A DNA stretch of 64,000 bases from Lautropia sp. GTDB taxonomy: Bacteria > Pseudomonadota > Gammaproteobacteria > Burkholderiales > Burkholderiaceae_E. Made by a program: the position numbers and the translations under genes. Location: positions 1 through 64,000 of the forward strand of contig JAUMZD010000016.1 in assembly GCA_030528325.1 (NCBI GenBank), read 5' to 3'. Positions 13,660 through 22,679 of the stretch are shown piece by piece. The stretch's first letter is position 1. Each line of letters begins with the position of its first letter. The notes under the pieces are model-generated. The model saw nothing but the letters and a program-made list of their open reading frames with translations, was not told the origin of the DNA and did not search any database.

Positions 13660-14724
13660 ATGCAAGCCAGCATTTCCCTGTCTCCCTCCCAGCTTTCCGA
13701 GTTCCTGCTCAACGTTGCCACCGTGCGGCCGGTGTTCATCTGGGGGCCGCCGGGCATCGGCAAGTCGGCCCTGGTCACGCAGTTTGCCGAGAGTGTCGGT
13801 CTGCCGTGCGTCTCGTTGCTGGGCAGCCAGCTGGCGCCCGAAGACCTGATGGGCGTGCCGCAGATCCGTGATGGGGTGACGCGATTCTGCCCGCCGGCGA
13901 TGATCGCCCGTGAGGAGCCTTACTGCCTGTTTCTGGATGAGTTGAATGCCTGCTCGCAGGATGTACAGAAGGCCTTCTACAGCCTGATCCATGATCGCCG
14001 GGTGGGGGAATACACATTGCCCGAAGGCTCGATCGTGATCGGCGCCGGCAATCGGGCGCAGGATTCGGCCATCGTCAAGCCGATGTCGTCGGCGCTGATG
14101 AATCGCATGGTGCATGTTCATCTGCGGGTCTCGGCCAGCGAATGGCTGCAGTGGGCCACGTCGGCCGGCCTGCATCCACTGGTCATCGATTATCTGAGCC
14201 AGCGTCCCGATCATCTCTGGAGTCAGCCGCCCAGGCATGAAGAACCGTTCTCCACGCCACGTGCCTGGCACATGCTCAGTGATGCACTGCATGGGTTCGG
14301 GGAACAGCTGCCGCCCGTGATGATGGAGGCGCTGGCAGCAGGGTGTCTGACACCACAGCATGCTGCCCAGTTCCGGGCCTTTGGCAAGCTGGCCGGGGAT
14401 CGACACCGGCTCGATGCGATCATCAAGGGGGATGCCCGCTGGCCGCACGATCCGGCCGACCGCGACCTGCTGTATTTCCTGGTGCAGGCGTTCCGTGCCC
14501 GCCTGTTGAAGGTGCTGCCGGCCGAGAAGAATCTGGTCAGCGCCGAGGAGCAGGCTTTCGTTCACCGCAGCAAGGCCATGCTGAAAGAAATCGCGCAGAT
14601 CAGCCTGGAGATGGCGCAGATCGTGGTCGCGCAGGAGGCGGACGCGGCCTTGCCAGCCTGGTACATGGTGGAGGTCGTGCGTGACCTGCCCCGGCTGGTC
14701 GAGAAGAAAGCCGAGGCGAAGTGA
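13660..14724 (+). CDS. MoxR-family AAA+ ATPase (AAA_5 / CbbQ-NorQ-like)
   Basis: Walker A IWGPPGIGKSALV, Walker B CLFLDELN, and a sensor region. Translationally coupled (ATGA overlap) to the downstream vWA gene. Confidence 0.8.
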   Translation: MQASISLSPSQLSEFLLNVATVRPVFIWGPPGIGKSALVTQFAESVGLPCVSLLGSQLAPEDLMGVPQIRDGVTRFCPPAMIAREEPYCLFLDELNACSQDVQKAFYSLIHDRRVGEYTLPEGSIVIGAGNRAQDSAIVKPMSSALMNRMVHVHLRVSASEWLQWATSAGLHPLVIDYLSQRPDHLWSQPPRHEEPFSTPRAWHMLSDALHGFGEQLPPVMMEALAAGCLTPQHAAQFRAFGKLAGDRHRLDAIIKGDARWPHDPADRDLLYFLVQAFRARLLKVLPAEKNLVSAEEQAFVHRSKAMLKEIAQISLEMAQIVVAQEADAALPAWYMVEVVRDLPRLVEKKAEAK

Positions 14725-16595
14725 TGGGGCGAGCCGGTTCACGAGCCAGGGCGGCCACACCGGCCTCGCGGCATTACGAGGACGGGCTGCGTCTTTTGAG
14801 GACACATCCGGTTTTCGAGCCGCTGTATGAGCGCGTCCGCTGGGTGCGCAACACCTTCATCCATCGCAGCGCCCTCATCTGGCCGTCGGATGAATGGCCG
14901 GCCGATGCGTGGCTGTGGCTCGGCCGTGACGAGCATCTGTATGTTCACCCGAAGCGTCTGGCCGAGCCTGAGGTCTGGGCGCATGTGATGGCGCGTGGGC
15001 TGCTCTATCACGCGCTTGAACTGTGGCAGCCCGATCGCGGCAACTGGGAGGCCTGGAGTGCAGCCTGCGATGTGGTGACGGCCCGCTTCTTGCAGGGCAT
15101 CAAGTTCTACCGAAGCCCCGAGGGGATGACGCTGCCGGATGATCTGCCCGCCTGGGATGAGGCGCGCTGGTATCGGCAGTTCTGCGAGGATGGCGTGCCC
15201 GATTGGGCCGCAGCCCTGTCGCTGGCAGGCCGGACGAGGCCGACGATGCAGGCGCCGGGCGATTGGCCCGACAGGCGCGCCGATCCGTTTCGGGTCAGCT
15301 GGCCGGAGGCGTTTTCGGCGGGCATCGCCGAATCCGTCAGGCAGGCGGTGGAGGTCGTGGCCGGCCTGCGTTCTTCGTTAGGTAGCGAATTGATCGCTTC
15401 TTCGGGCCAGGGAGGGCGTGGCGAACTGCGAGCCCTCACCCGGCAGGCCAGGGACTGGTTCATCAGCAGTTTTCCGCTACTGGGCGCGATGGTCGCCTCT
15501 TTCGAGTTCGTCGAGGATGCCGGGTTGTGCCGGCGAGAAGATATCCTGGTGGCGGCGGTCGATGAAAGCCTGCGCACGATCTATCTGAATCCGGCCGTGG
15601 GGCTGGACGAGCAGGAAAGCCGTTTCGTCATTGCGCACGAAGTGCTGCATGTGGCACTCAGGCATCTGCCGCGCCGCCAGGGGCGTGACCCGTGGCTTTG
15701 GAACGTGGCCTGTGATTTCGTCATCAACGACTGGCTGATCCAGATGCAGGTCGGCACGCCGCCTGCCTTGGGGTTGTTGTTCGATGAGGGCTTGCGAGGC
15801 CTGTCGGCCGAAGAGATCTATGACCGGATCGCACGTGATCTGCGGCGCATGAGAAAACTGCGCACACTGGCCGGCGGGCAATGCGACATGCTGGAGCGCC
15901 GTCTTGATACCCGGCAGGTACCGTTCACCGATCTCGATGCCTTCTGCCGCGAGCAGCTTGGCAAGGGGTTGTTGCTGCATCAGCAGCAGGGGCGGGGTTA
16001 TCTGCCGGCCGGATTGATCGAGGAGATTAACGCGCTGCTGCAACCGCCCATCCCGTGGGAGGTGCAGCTGGCCCGATGGTTCGATCATCATTTTCCGCCG
16101 CTGGAAACCCGGCGCACCTATGCGCGATTGTCGCGGCGCCAGTCGGCCACACCCGACATTCCACGCCCCCATCTGGGGGTGGATGAAAGCCGGCGGGCGG
16201 GCCGAACCTTCGGCGTGGTGCTCGATTCTTCCGGCTCGATGTCCCGGCAGATGCTGGCACGCGCGCTGGGCGCCATCGCCAGCTATGCCGAGGCGAAGGA
16301 GGTCGCGGCGGTTCGAGTGGTGTTCTGCGATGCGCGACCCCATGATGCCGGTTATCTGGCGGCGCATGACATTGCCGGTCGGGTGCGGGTGCATGGGCGA
16401 GGTGGCACCGTGCTGCAACCGGGCATCGACCTGTTGCAGGATGCGGCGGATTTCCCGCCGGACGGGCCGATCCTGATCATCACCGATGGTCAGTGCGATG
16501 TGCTGAAGATCCGGCGCAGCCATGCTTTCCTGATGCCGCCGGGCGCAGGCTTGCCCTTCGTGCCACGGGGCGAGGTGTTCCGGATGACGGACTGA
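14721..16595 (+). CDS. vWA-domain protein with an N-terminal HExxH (DUF2201_N-like putative metallopeptidase) domain, partner of the MoxR ATPase
   Basis: FVIAHEVLHVALRHL (HExxH), a MIDAS-type vWA motif VVLDSSGSM, and ...ILIITDGQCD. Confidence 0.7.
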   Translation: MMGRAGSRARAATPASRHYEDGLRLLRTHPVFEPLYERVRWVRNTFIHRSALIWPSDEWPADAWLWLGRDEHLYVHPKRLAEPEVWAHVMARGLLYHALELWQPDRGNWEAWSAACDVVTARFLQGIKFYRSPEGMTLPDDLPAWDEARWYRQFCEDGVPDWAAALSLAGRTRPTMQAPGDWPDRRADPFRVSWPEAFSAGIAESVRQAVEVVAGLRSSLGSELIASSGQGGRGELRALTRQARDWFISSFPLLGAMVASFEFVEDAGLCRREDILVAAVDESLRTIYLNPAVGLDEQESRFVIAHEVLHVALRHLPRRQGRDPWLWNVACDFVINDWLIQMQVGTPPALGLLFDEGLRGLSAEEIYDRIARDLRRMRKLRTLAGGQCDMLERRLDTRQVPFTDLDAFCREQLGKGLLLHQQQGRGYLPAGLIEEINALLQPPIPWEVQLARWFDHHFPPLETRRTYARLSRRQSATPDIPRPHLGVDESRRAGRTFGVVLDSSGSMSRQMLARALGAIASYAEAKEVAAVRVVFCDARPHDAGYLAAHDIAGRVRVHGRGGTVLQPGIDLLQDAADFPPDGPILIITDGQCDVLKIRRSHAFLMPPGAGLPFVPRGEVFRMTD

Positions 16596-16665
16596 GCGGA
16601 TGGGATGGGGTCAGCCCGCAGGGACAGCCCCTCCGGACGTGCAGCTCCGCAGTGGCAAATAAGTT

Positions 16666-16679
16666 CATAACACGCTCTA
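16666..16679 (+). repeat. 14-bp direct repeat CATAACACGCTCTA (right copy)
   Basis: Identical to 13585..13598. Confidence 0.6.
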
Positions 16680-16774
16680 GAATCGGCGAATGATCCATGC
16701 ATCGGCCGATGTCGGCCCATTCGTCGATCCGGTTCGATGATTCCGATTTCCCGCATTCCAGGAGCTATCCATCC

Positions 16775-17836
16775 ATGACGCCACCCGACATCTCTGTCCG
16801 TTTTCCCTGCCTCTCTCTGACGGTGCTGGCGGCGGCGCTGGCAATGGGCGCCTGCACCACCACCCAGCAGGAGACCGATCTGTCTTCCAGCTCGGGCACG
16901 AAGGTGGCGCATCGCGCGCCGATCATCCAGAAAACCTCGATGCAGGATCAGGCTCCGGCTGAGGTCGCTGCGACTGGGACGGATGCGAGCCAGGCTGGTG
17001 CGAATCAGGCAGGTACGAATCAGGCGGAGCCTGCCAGGATCGTGCCATCCACTCAGGCTGTCGTGCCGGCCCGGATGAGTGCGGCCGCTCAGGCGCCGGC
17101 TGCCGCCAGTGGCGTCGCAGCGGGTACGGCACTGGCCGGCAAGGAGGTGTCCGCGGGCAAGGCGATGGATTCGGATAAGCAGATGGTTGCAGGCGGGCAA
17201 GCGACCACGCCAGCGCCGTTCCGCTTCTCGCGTGCCGAGATGGAAGACATTGCCAACCCAGAGAAGCTCTCGTGGCGCATTTTTTACGACAAGCCTTCCA
17301 GCGGGCCGGATGCCCGCTGGTTCGATGCGGTCAAGCGGGGGGACCTCGACACCGTGAAGCAGCTGCTGGCCGCAGGTCAGAACATCGAGGCGAAGGACAA
17401 TGCCTCGCTGGGGCAGACCGCGCTGGGTTGGGCGGCTTTCATCGGCTATGAAGACATCGTCGATCACCTGATCGCGCAAGGGGCCGATCTGAATGCGACC
17501 GACCGTGGCGATGTCTACAACGTGCTGAAATCGGCCGTGCTGGGCAAGAATGTCGACATCGTGAAAAAGATTCACGCGCTGCTGAAGGACCGCACCGATC
17601 TGAACGACCAGACGGTGGAAAGTGATGGTGAGACCCTGGTGATGGTGGCCGCCAGCAACAACCGGCTGGAGATCGTCAAGTACCTGATCTCGCAGGGTGC
17701 CGATCTGAACCTGGTGTCACAGCAGAAGAATCACAGTGCGCTGTCCTTCGCCTGTGCCCGCCATTACCCCGAGATGCAGCAACTGCTGATCTCTCACGGG
17801 GCCATCAACCACCGCACGGGCAAGCCGGGCTGCTGA
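16775..17836 (+). CDS. Ankyrin-repeat protein with a lipoprotein-type signal peptide
   Basis: AGGAG lies 10 nt upstream of the ATG at 16775. MTPPDISVRFPCLSLTVLAAALAMGAC, then ankyrin repeats (GQTALGWAAFIGYEDIVDHLIAQGADLNATD; NNRLEIVKYLISQGADLN). Confidence 0.6.
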   Translation: MTPPDISVRFPCLSLTVLAAALAMGACTTTQQETDLSSSSGTKVAHRAPIIQKTSMQDQAPAEVAATGTDASQAGANQAGTNQAEPARIVPSTQAVVPARMSAAAQAPAAASGVAAGTALAGKEVSAGKAMDSDKQMVAGGQATTPAPFRFSRAEMEDIANPEKLSWRIFYDKPSSGPDARWFDAVKRGDLDTVKQLLAAGQNIEAKDNASLGQTALGWAAFIGYEDIVDHLIAQGADLNATDRGDVYNVLKSAVLGKNVDIVKKIHALLKDRTDLNDQTVESDGETLVMVAASNNRLEIVKYLISQGADLNLVSQQKNHSALSFACARHYPEMQQLLISHGAINHRTGKPGC

Positions 17837-17862
17837 GGCGCCGGGTTGCCTGAGGGATGCAC

Positions 17863-18942
17863 TCAGTCCGGCGAGAGTCCCGCTTCGCTCACCAGCACCT
17901 TCAGCAGTTCTGCGGCGGGCAGGGCTCGTGCCAGCGGGGCGCCCTGGCCGGCCCAATGGGCGTTGTATTCCGTGCTGCCCTGTCGGGTGGCGGCGGCACT
18001 CAGCTGCTTCAGCACATCATAGGCGCGGGGGTAGGCCGCGGGTGAGGCGCCCTGGCTGCGCTCGATCTGCCGGATGAAGTCATTGAGCAATCCCCGGGCG
18101 GGGCGCCCCGACAGGGCAGCGGTCAGCCGGGTGTGCCGGGCACGGTCGCTCGCCAGTTGTGCCCGGTAGGCCGGGCTGGCCGAGGATTCCGGGCACAGGA
18201 TGAAGGCGGTGCCCATCTGCACGGCTGCTGCGCCGAGATCCAGTGCGGCGCGAATGCCCTGACCCGTCATGATTCCGCCGGCGGCCACGACCGGCAGGTG
18301 GGTATGGGCCAGCAGCTGCGAGAGCAGCACCGCTGTTGGCAGGCGTTTATCCCCGGCTGTCGGGTCGAAGATGCCCCGATGTCCGCCTGCTTCGATGCCT
18401 TGGGCGATGATGGCATCCAGCCCGGCCTTTTCGATGGCTTCGGCCTCATCGAGGCTGGTGGCCGAGGCCATCAGGAAGATGCCGGCTTCCTTCAGTCGCG
18501 CGAGGCAATGGGCATCCGGCAGACCGAAATGAAAGCTCAGCACCGTGGGACGGGCTTCCAGCATCAGCGCCTGCATGTCGGTGTCGGCGAGAAAGGAAGC
18601 ATAAATTTCCTTCAGCTGCCTCGGTGGTGAGGCGCCAAACTGGCTGAACATCGGTGCCAGACGCTCGACCCACGCGATATCGGCATCGGTGTCGGGCGCC
18701 GGTGGCTGATGGCAGAAGACGTTGAGGTTCAGCGGCTTTGCACCCATCGCCCTGGCTTCATCAATCATCTGCCGCGCCTGCGCCGGGCTGCTGGCCCCCA
18801 GTCCCAGTGAGCCGAGTCCACCTGACCGGCAGACCGCGGCGGCCAGTGCAGGGGTGGCAACCCCCGCCATCGGTGCCTGGATGATCGGGTGGCGGATGCC
18901 AAGTCGCTGGCGGAATCGGGCGGCGGCTGGGGTCATGTGCAC
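17863..18942 (-). CDS. Nitronate monooxygenase (2-nitropropane dioxygenase, FMN-dependent) family
   Basis: GIRHPIIQAPMAGVATPALAAAVCRSGGLGSLG and the glycine-rich FMN-binding segments. Confidence 0.75.
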   Translation of the reverse strand: MHMTPAAARFRQRLGIRHPIIQAPMAGVATPALAAAVCRSGGLGSLGLGASSPAQARQMIDEARAMGAKPLNLNVFCHQPPAPDTDADIAWVERLAPMFSQFGASPPRQLKEIYASFLADTDMQALMLEARPTVLSFHFGLPDAHCLARLKEAGIFLMASATSLDEAEAIEKAGLDAIIAQGIEAGGHRGIFDPTAGDKRLPTAVLLSQLLAHTHLPVVAAGGIMTGQGIRAALDLGAAAVQMGTAFILCPESSASPAYRAQLASDRARHTRLTAALSGRPARGLLNDFIRQIERSQGASPAAYPRAYDVLKQLSAAATRQGSTEYNAHWAGQGAPLARALPAAELLKVLVSEAGLSPD

Positions 18943-19013
18943 TCCGGGGGCTGCTGGTCTGACTTCCGTGGCGGCCCATTTTACGCCCGCTTCCTGCCCG
19001 ATGACTCGGGCTA

Positions 19014-19268
19014 GGAGCTTGGGCGTCAGGAATCGCGAAGGCGAAAATCGGCCCCGCCGAGCACAGTTTGTGCCCGATTCGCCGCCCCATAGCCGGCGCT
19101 ATGGGGCAAGAAGCGGGTGCAAAATGGGCCGGCGCGGCCGGTTTGCAGCCCGCGACTTTCCTGCCGCCCAAGCTCCTGGGAGCCTGAGAACCGGGCACAA
19201 AACGTGATCGGCGGGACTGATTTTTCCGTCGCGATTTTTACCGCCTTTCTACCGCCCAAAGGCCTGGG
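19014..19268 (+). repeat. MITE-like element: full copy (19014..19176, imperfect terminal inverted repeats GGAGCTTGGGCG...CGCCCAAGCTCC, central hairpin ccccatagc-cggcg-ctatgggg) followed by a degenerate half copy (19177..19268)
   Basis: Homologous copies or fragments at 12794, 21093, 25845, 39610 and 41764. Confidence 0.6.
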
Positions 19269-20202
19269 CCGGGGCGTCGGCAAAGCAGTGTTGCAGCAAG
19301 GCCAGGGTGACGCGAGTGCGAGCCGATTGCACCCGGTGCGACGTCACCGCATAAATGTTGACGGATGGCAGGGTCCAGTCGGGCAGCAGAACCTGCAGGC
19401 GCCCGTCTGCCACCAGCTGACGGATGTCTCCGGCCAGTTGCAGGGACAGGCCAAAACCGCCCAGGGTCAGGGCTCGCACGGCAGAAAGCTGGTCACAAGC
19501 CAGGCTGTCATCGATTTGCAGCAGATGGCTGTCCTGGCCGCGGTGCAGGCTCATGCGAATCGGCCGGGCATGCAGCCAGGGATGCTGCGTGAGTTGGGAT
19601 GGGTGCGTGATCGGAGCGTGTCCGGCCAGGTAGGCAGGGGCTGCGCAGATCTGCCATGGCCAGGAGGTCAGATGGCGGGCGATCAGGTCGGGGTCATCCA
19701 GGGCATGTTCGCCGCCACGTAGTGCAATGTCGATGGCCCCCTGCTGCAGATCGGTCAGCGTGTCACCCACCTGCAGGATGGGGCGGATGCCGGGGTATTC
19801 CTCGCGCAGGCGTCGAAGCGCCTGCTGAAAGGCGGGGGCATCGACCAGCCCGGACGCGATCGCCATGCGCAGTTCGCCGACGGCCTCCTCCTTCAGTGAC
19901 AGCAGTGTGGCCAGCGTGTCGGCCAGGCTCTGCTTCAGGCGCCGGCAGCTGGCCTCCAGGGCGCGTCCGGCATCGGTGGGGGTCAGGCGGCGGGTACTGC
20001 GATGCAGAAGGCGGACGCCGTGCAGACCTTCCAGGCGCGAGACGTGCTGGCTGACGGCTGAGGCGGTCATGCCCAGGGTGCGGGCGGCTGCGTGCATGCT
20101 GCCGTGTTCCAGCACGGCAGCAAAGACCAGCATGGGCCGGAGGTCGTCCAGCAGGGCACGGGAAGGGAGCCCGGATGCAGAAGGGGGTGGTGACGTGGAC
20201 AT
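19249..20202 (-). CDS. LysR-family transcriptional regulator
   Basis: An N-terminal HTH (LRPMLVFAAVLEHGSMHAAARTLGMTASAVSQHVSRLE) and a C-terminal co-inducer-binding domain. Confidence 0.75.
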   Translation of the reverse strand: MSTSPPPSASGLPSRALLDDLRPMLVFAAVLEHGSMHAAARTLGMTASAVSQHVSRLEGLHGVRLLHRSTRRLTPTDAGRALEASCRRLKQSLADTLATLLSLKEEAVGELRMAIASGLVDAPAFQQALRRLREEYPGIRPILQVGDTLTDLQQGAIDIALRGGEHALDDPDLIARHLTSWPWQICAAPAYLAGHAPITHPSQLTQHPWLHARPIRMSLHRGQDSHLLQIDDSLACDQLSAVRALTLGGFGLSLQLAGDIRQLVADGRLQVLLPDWTLPSVNIYAVTSHRVQSARTRVTLALLQHCFADAPAQAFGR

Positions 20203-20218
20203 GACGGTATCATTAAGT

Positions 20219-20230
20219 TTATCTACATAA
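20219..20230. promoter_or_regulatory. Candidate LysR box (TTATCTACATAA, T-N11-A-type dyad) in the divergent intergenic region
   Basis: An imperfect palindrome 17-28 nt upstream of the lysR start codon. Confidence 0.25.
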
Positions 20231-20436
20231 ATAATACAGTGAACGGGGGCTTATCCTGCTTGTGATGGGGGCATAGAATCAGTACAGCTTATCGGAAAGG
20301 GCGATTGCCACACATGTGGACGGCCTTCCAGGCTGATTTCATTCAAGGGATACGCTGGACAAGTCCCGTTTCGGGACTGTGGCATCCACGTGGACTTGTT
20401 CAGCGTATCCAAAGATCCATGACAAGGAAGAACATC

Positions 20437-21093
20437 ATGAAATACGCAGTGATCGGTGCAACAGGTTATGTGGGGCGTGCCGTCGTGGCTGAACTGGCCC
20501 GCCGTGGGCATCAGGTGGTGGCGTTTGTCCGTGATACCAGCAAGCCGCTGGACGGTGACGGTGTGCAGATGGAGGCGCTGGATGTGAGCAACCCTGTTTT
20601 TGCCGAGCGCCTGAAAGGCTTCGATGCCGTTGTCAGCGCCTTCAATCCCGGCTGGTCCAACCCCGACATCGCCGCAGACTTCACGCGCGGTTACGATGCC
20701 ATCCTGAGCACCGCCAGAGCGGCCGCCGTGCCTTATCTGCTGGTGGTGGGGGGCGCTGGCAGCCTGTACGTGGCACCGGGTGTGCAGCTGGTCGACACAC
20801 CGGATTTCCCGAAGGAGATCCACGCCGGAGCGGATGCGGCCCGCAAGCTGCTCGACACCCTCAGGCAGCAGCCGGATCTGAACTGGGCGATGGTGTCGCC
20901 GCCGGCTCTGCTGGGCGTGACTGGCGGGTACAGCGAGGCGCGCACCGGCCAGTATCGCCTGGGCAAGGACGAGCTGCTGATGGCTGGCGATGCACCGGCC
21001 GGCATCAGCGTGGCCGACCTGGCCATCGCCATCGCAGACGATGTCGAGAAGAAGGCGCACTTGCGTCAGCGCTTCACCGTGGCCAGTGCCTGA
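20437..21093 (+). CDS. NAD(P)-binding oxidoreductase (NmrA/atypical SDR-like)
   Basis: AAGGAAG RBS; MKYAVIGATGYVGRAVVAELARRGHQVVAFVRD has a Rossmann GxxGxxG. Confidence 0.6.
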   Translation: MKYAVIGATGYVGRAVVAELARRGHQVVAFVRDTSKPLDGDGVQMEALDVSNPVFAERLKGFDAVVSAFNPGWSNPDIAADFTRGYDAILSTARAAAVPYLLVVGGAGSLYVAPGVQLVDTPDFPKEIHAGADAARKLLDTLRQQPDLNWAMVSPPALLGVTGGYSEARTGQYRLGKDELLMAGDAPAGISVADLAIAIADDVEKKAHLRQRFTVASA

Positions 21094-21156
21094 GGAGTTT
21101 GGCCGACAGGAAAGTCGAGGGCTGCAAACCGGCCGCGCCGGCCCGTTTTGCACCCG
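21093..21156 (+). repeat. Solo terminal arm of the MITE-like family
   Basis: ggagtttggccgacaggaaagtcgagggctgcaaaccggccgcgccggcccgttttgcacccgc. Confidence 0.5.
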
Positions 21157-21167
21157 CATGCACCGGT

Positions 21168-22484
21168 TCAGGCTTGCGCGTCATGGCGCCCGATCAGCCA
21201 TGCCGAGCAGGCCGAGACGAGGCCTGCGAACATGACGTAGGCGCAGACGAGCCACGGTTCTCCGCCGGCCTGCTGGAGCAGGGCGGTGGCGATGATCGGC
21301 GTGATCCCCGAGGCGAAGATGCCCGAGAACTGGTAGACGAAGGAAATGCCGGTATATCGGACCCTGGCGTCGAACAGGTCGCAGAACAGGGCTGCTTCGG
21401 GGCCGTAGATGCTGGCATACAGGATGCCGAAGGGAATGATGATGGCCAGCCAGACGGTGAGGGTGCTGGCGCCTTCCTGCATCAGCCAGAAGGCCGGAAA
21501 GGCCGAGGCTGCCGTGATCACCGAGCCCCATGCAAAGACGCGGGTTCGGCCGAGCCGATCCGACAGGTGGCCGAAGAAGGGAATGGTGAAGACCATGACC
21601 AGGGCGGCCGCCATCACGCCCAGCAGCGCATCCGTGCGGGGCAGTTTCAGGGTCGTGGTCAGATAGGTGATCGAGAAGACACCGAAGATGTTGAAGAACA
21701 CGCCATCGATATAGCGGGCTCCCATGCCTTTCAGCGTGTTGCGGGGGTAGCGTCGCAACATGTCCATGAAAGGGATGCGGGCGGCGGCGTTCCTCTCCTT
21801 GACGTGCGTGAATTCGGGCGTTTCCTTGATGTTCAGCCGAATGTACATGCCCACGAAAACCATCGCTGCCGACAGCAGGAAGGCGATGCGCCATCCCCAG
21901 CTCATGAATTGTTCCTCGGTGAGCAGCAGCGACAGCAGGCCGACGATGCCCGAAGCCAGGCACAGGCCAAGCGCCAGACCGATTTGGGGCAGGGAAGCAT
22001 AGAAACCGCGCTGGTGCCTGGGCGCATATTCATAAGCCATCAGGACGGCACCGTCCCATTCGCCGCCGAGGCCGATGCCCTGTGCGACGCGAAGCAGCAG
22101 CAGGAGAATGGGCGCCCAGATGCCGATCCGATCATAGGTAGGCACCAGACCGATCAGGAAGGTCGAGACGCCCATGATCATCAGCGTCAGCACGAGCATG
22201 CTCTTGCGTCCGATCTTGTCGCCGAAATGTCCGAAGATCAGACCACCCAGGGGGCGGGTGATGAAACCGACCGCAAAGGTCGTGTAGGCCAGCATGGTGG
22301 CCACCAGCGGATCGCCCGCGGGGAAATAGCTTTTGGCAAAGACGATGCCGGCGACGACACCGTAGAGGAAGAAGTCATACCACTCGATGGTGGCGCCGAT
22401 CAGGGCGGAGGTGACGACGCGCCGCACGGCAGCAGGGGCCGGCACGCTGGCCGGGGCGGATGTGGGTGGGTGAGAGGTATTCAT
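21168..22484 (-). CDS. MFS transporter (metabolite:H+ symporter, ProP/KgtP-like)
   Basis: EWYDFFLYGVVAGIVFAKSYFP, 12 predicted TM helices, and GRKSMLVLTL motifs. Confidence 0.75.
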   Translation of the reverse strand: MNTSHPPTSAPASVPAPAAVRRVVTSALIGATIEWYDFFLYGVVAGIVFAKSYFPAGDPLVATMLAYTTFAVGFITRPLGGLIFGHFGDKIGRKSMLVLTLMIMGVSTFLIGLVPTYDRIGIWAPILLLLLRVAQGIGLGGEWDGAVLMAYEYAPRHQRGFYASLPQIGLALGLCLASGIVGLLSLLLTEEQFMSWGWRIAFLLSAAMVFVGMYIRLNIKETPEFTHVKERNAAARIPFMDMLRRYPRNTLKGMGARYIDGVFFNIFGVFSITYLTTTLKLPRTDALLGVMAAALVMVFTIPFFGHLSDRLGRTRVFAWGSVITAASAFPAFWLMQEGASTLTVWLAIIIPFGILYASIYGPEAALFCDLFDARVRYTGISFVYQFSGIFASGITPIIATALLQQAGGEPWLVCAYVMFAGLVSACSAWLIGRHDAQA

Positions 22485-22679
22485 GATGCTGTCTCACGAT
22501 GATCAGAGAAGTTGGGCTGAGGGGGTTCAAGATACTCAGAACGGGAAGTTGGTGATTGGGGGGCTTCCGAAGAAGCCGTGATGGGAATGAGTGAGCGTTC
22601 GGATCGGTGGACGTCCTGTGTCGTTCAGCACGGTGATCCATGGTCACTGAGGAGCTTGGGCGGCAGGCGAATGCTGCGT

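Noticed and set aside
6755-17575. Long antisense ORFs over rtcR, the SPFH gene, rtcB, MoxR, the vWA gene and the ankyrin gene (6755..8269 +, 10101..10997 -, 10165..10995 -, 11557..13029 -, 13627..14805 -, 15477..16523 -, 16490..17575 -)
   Set aside because: Each overlaps a gene with strong family signatures on the other strand; no RBS or domain evidence.
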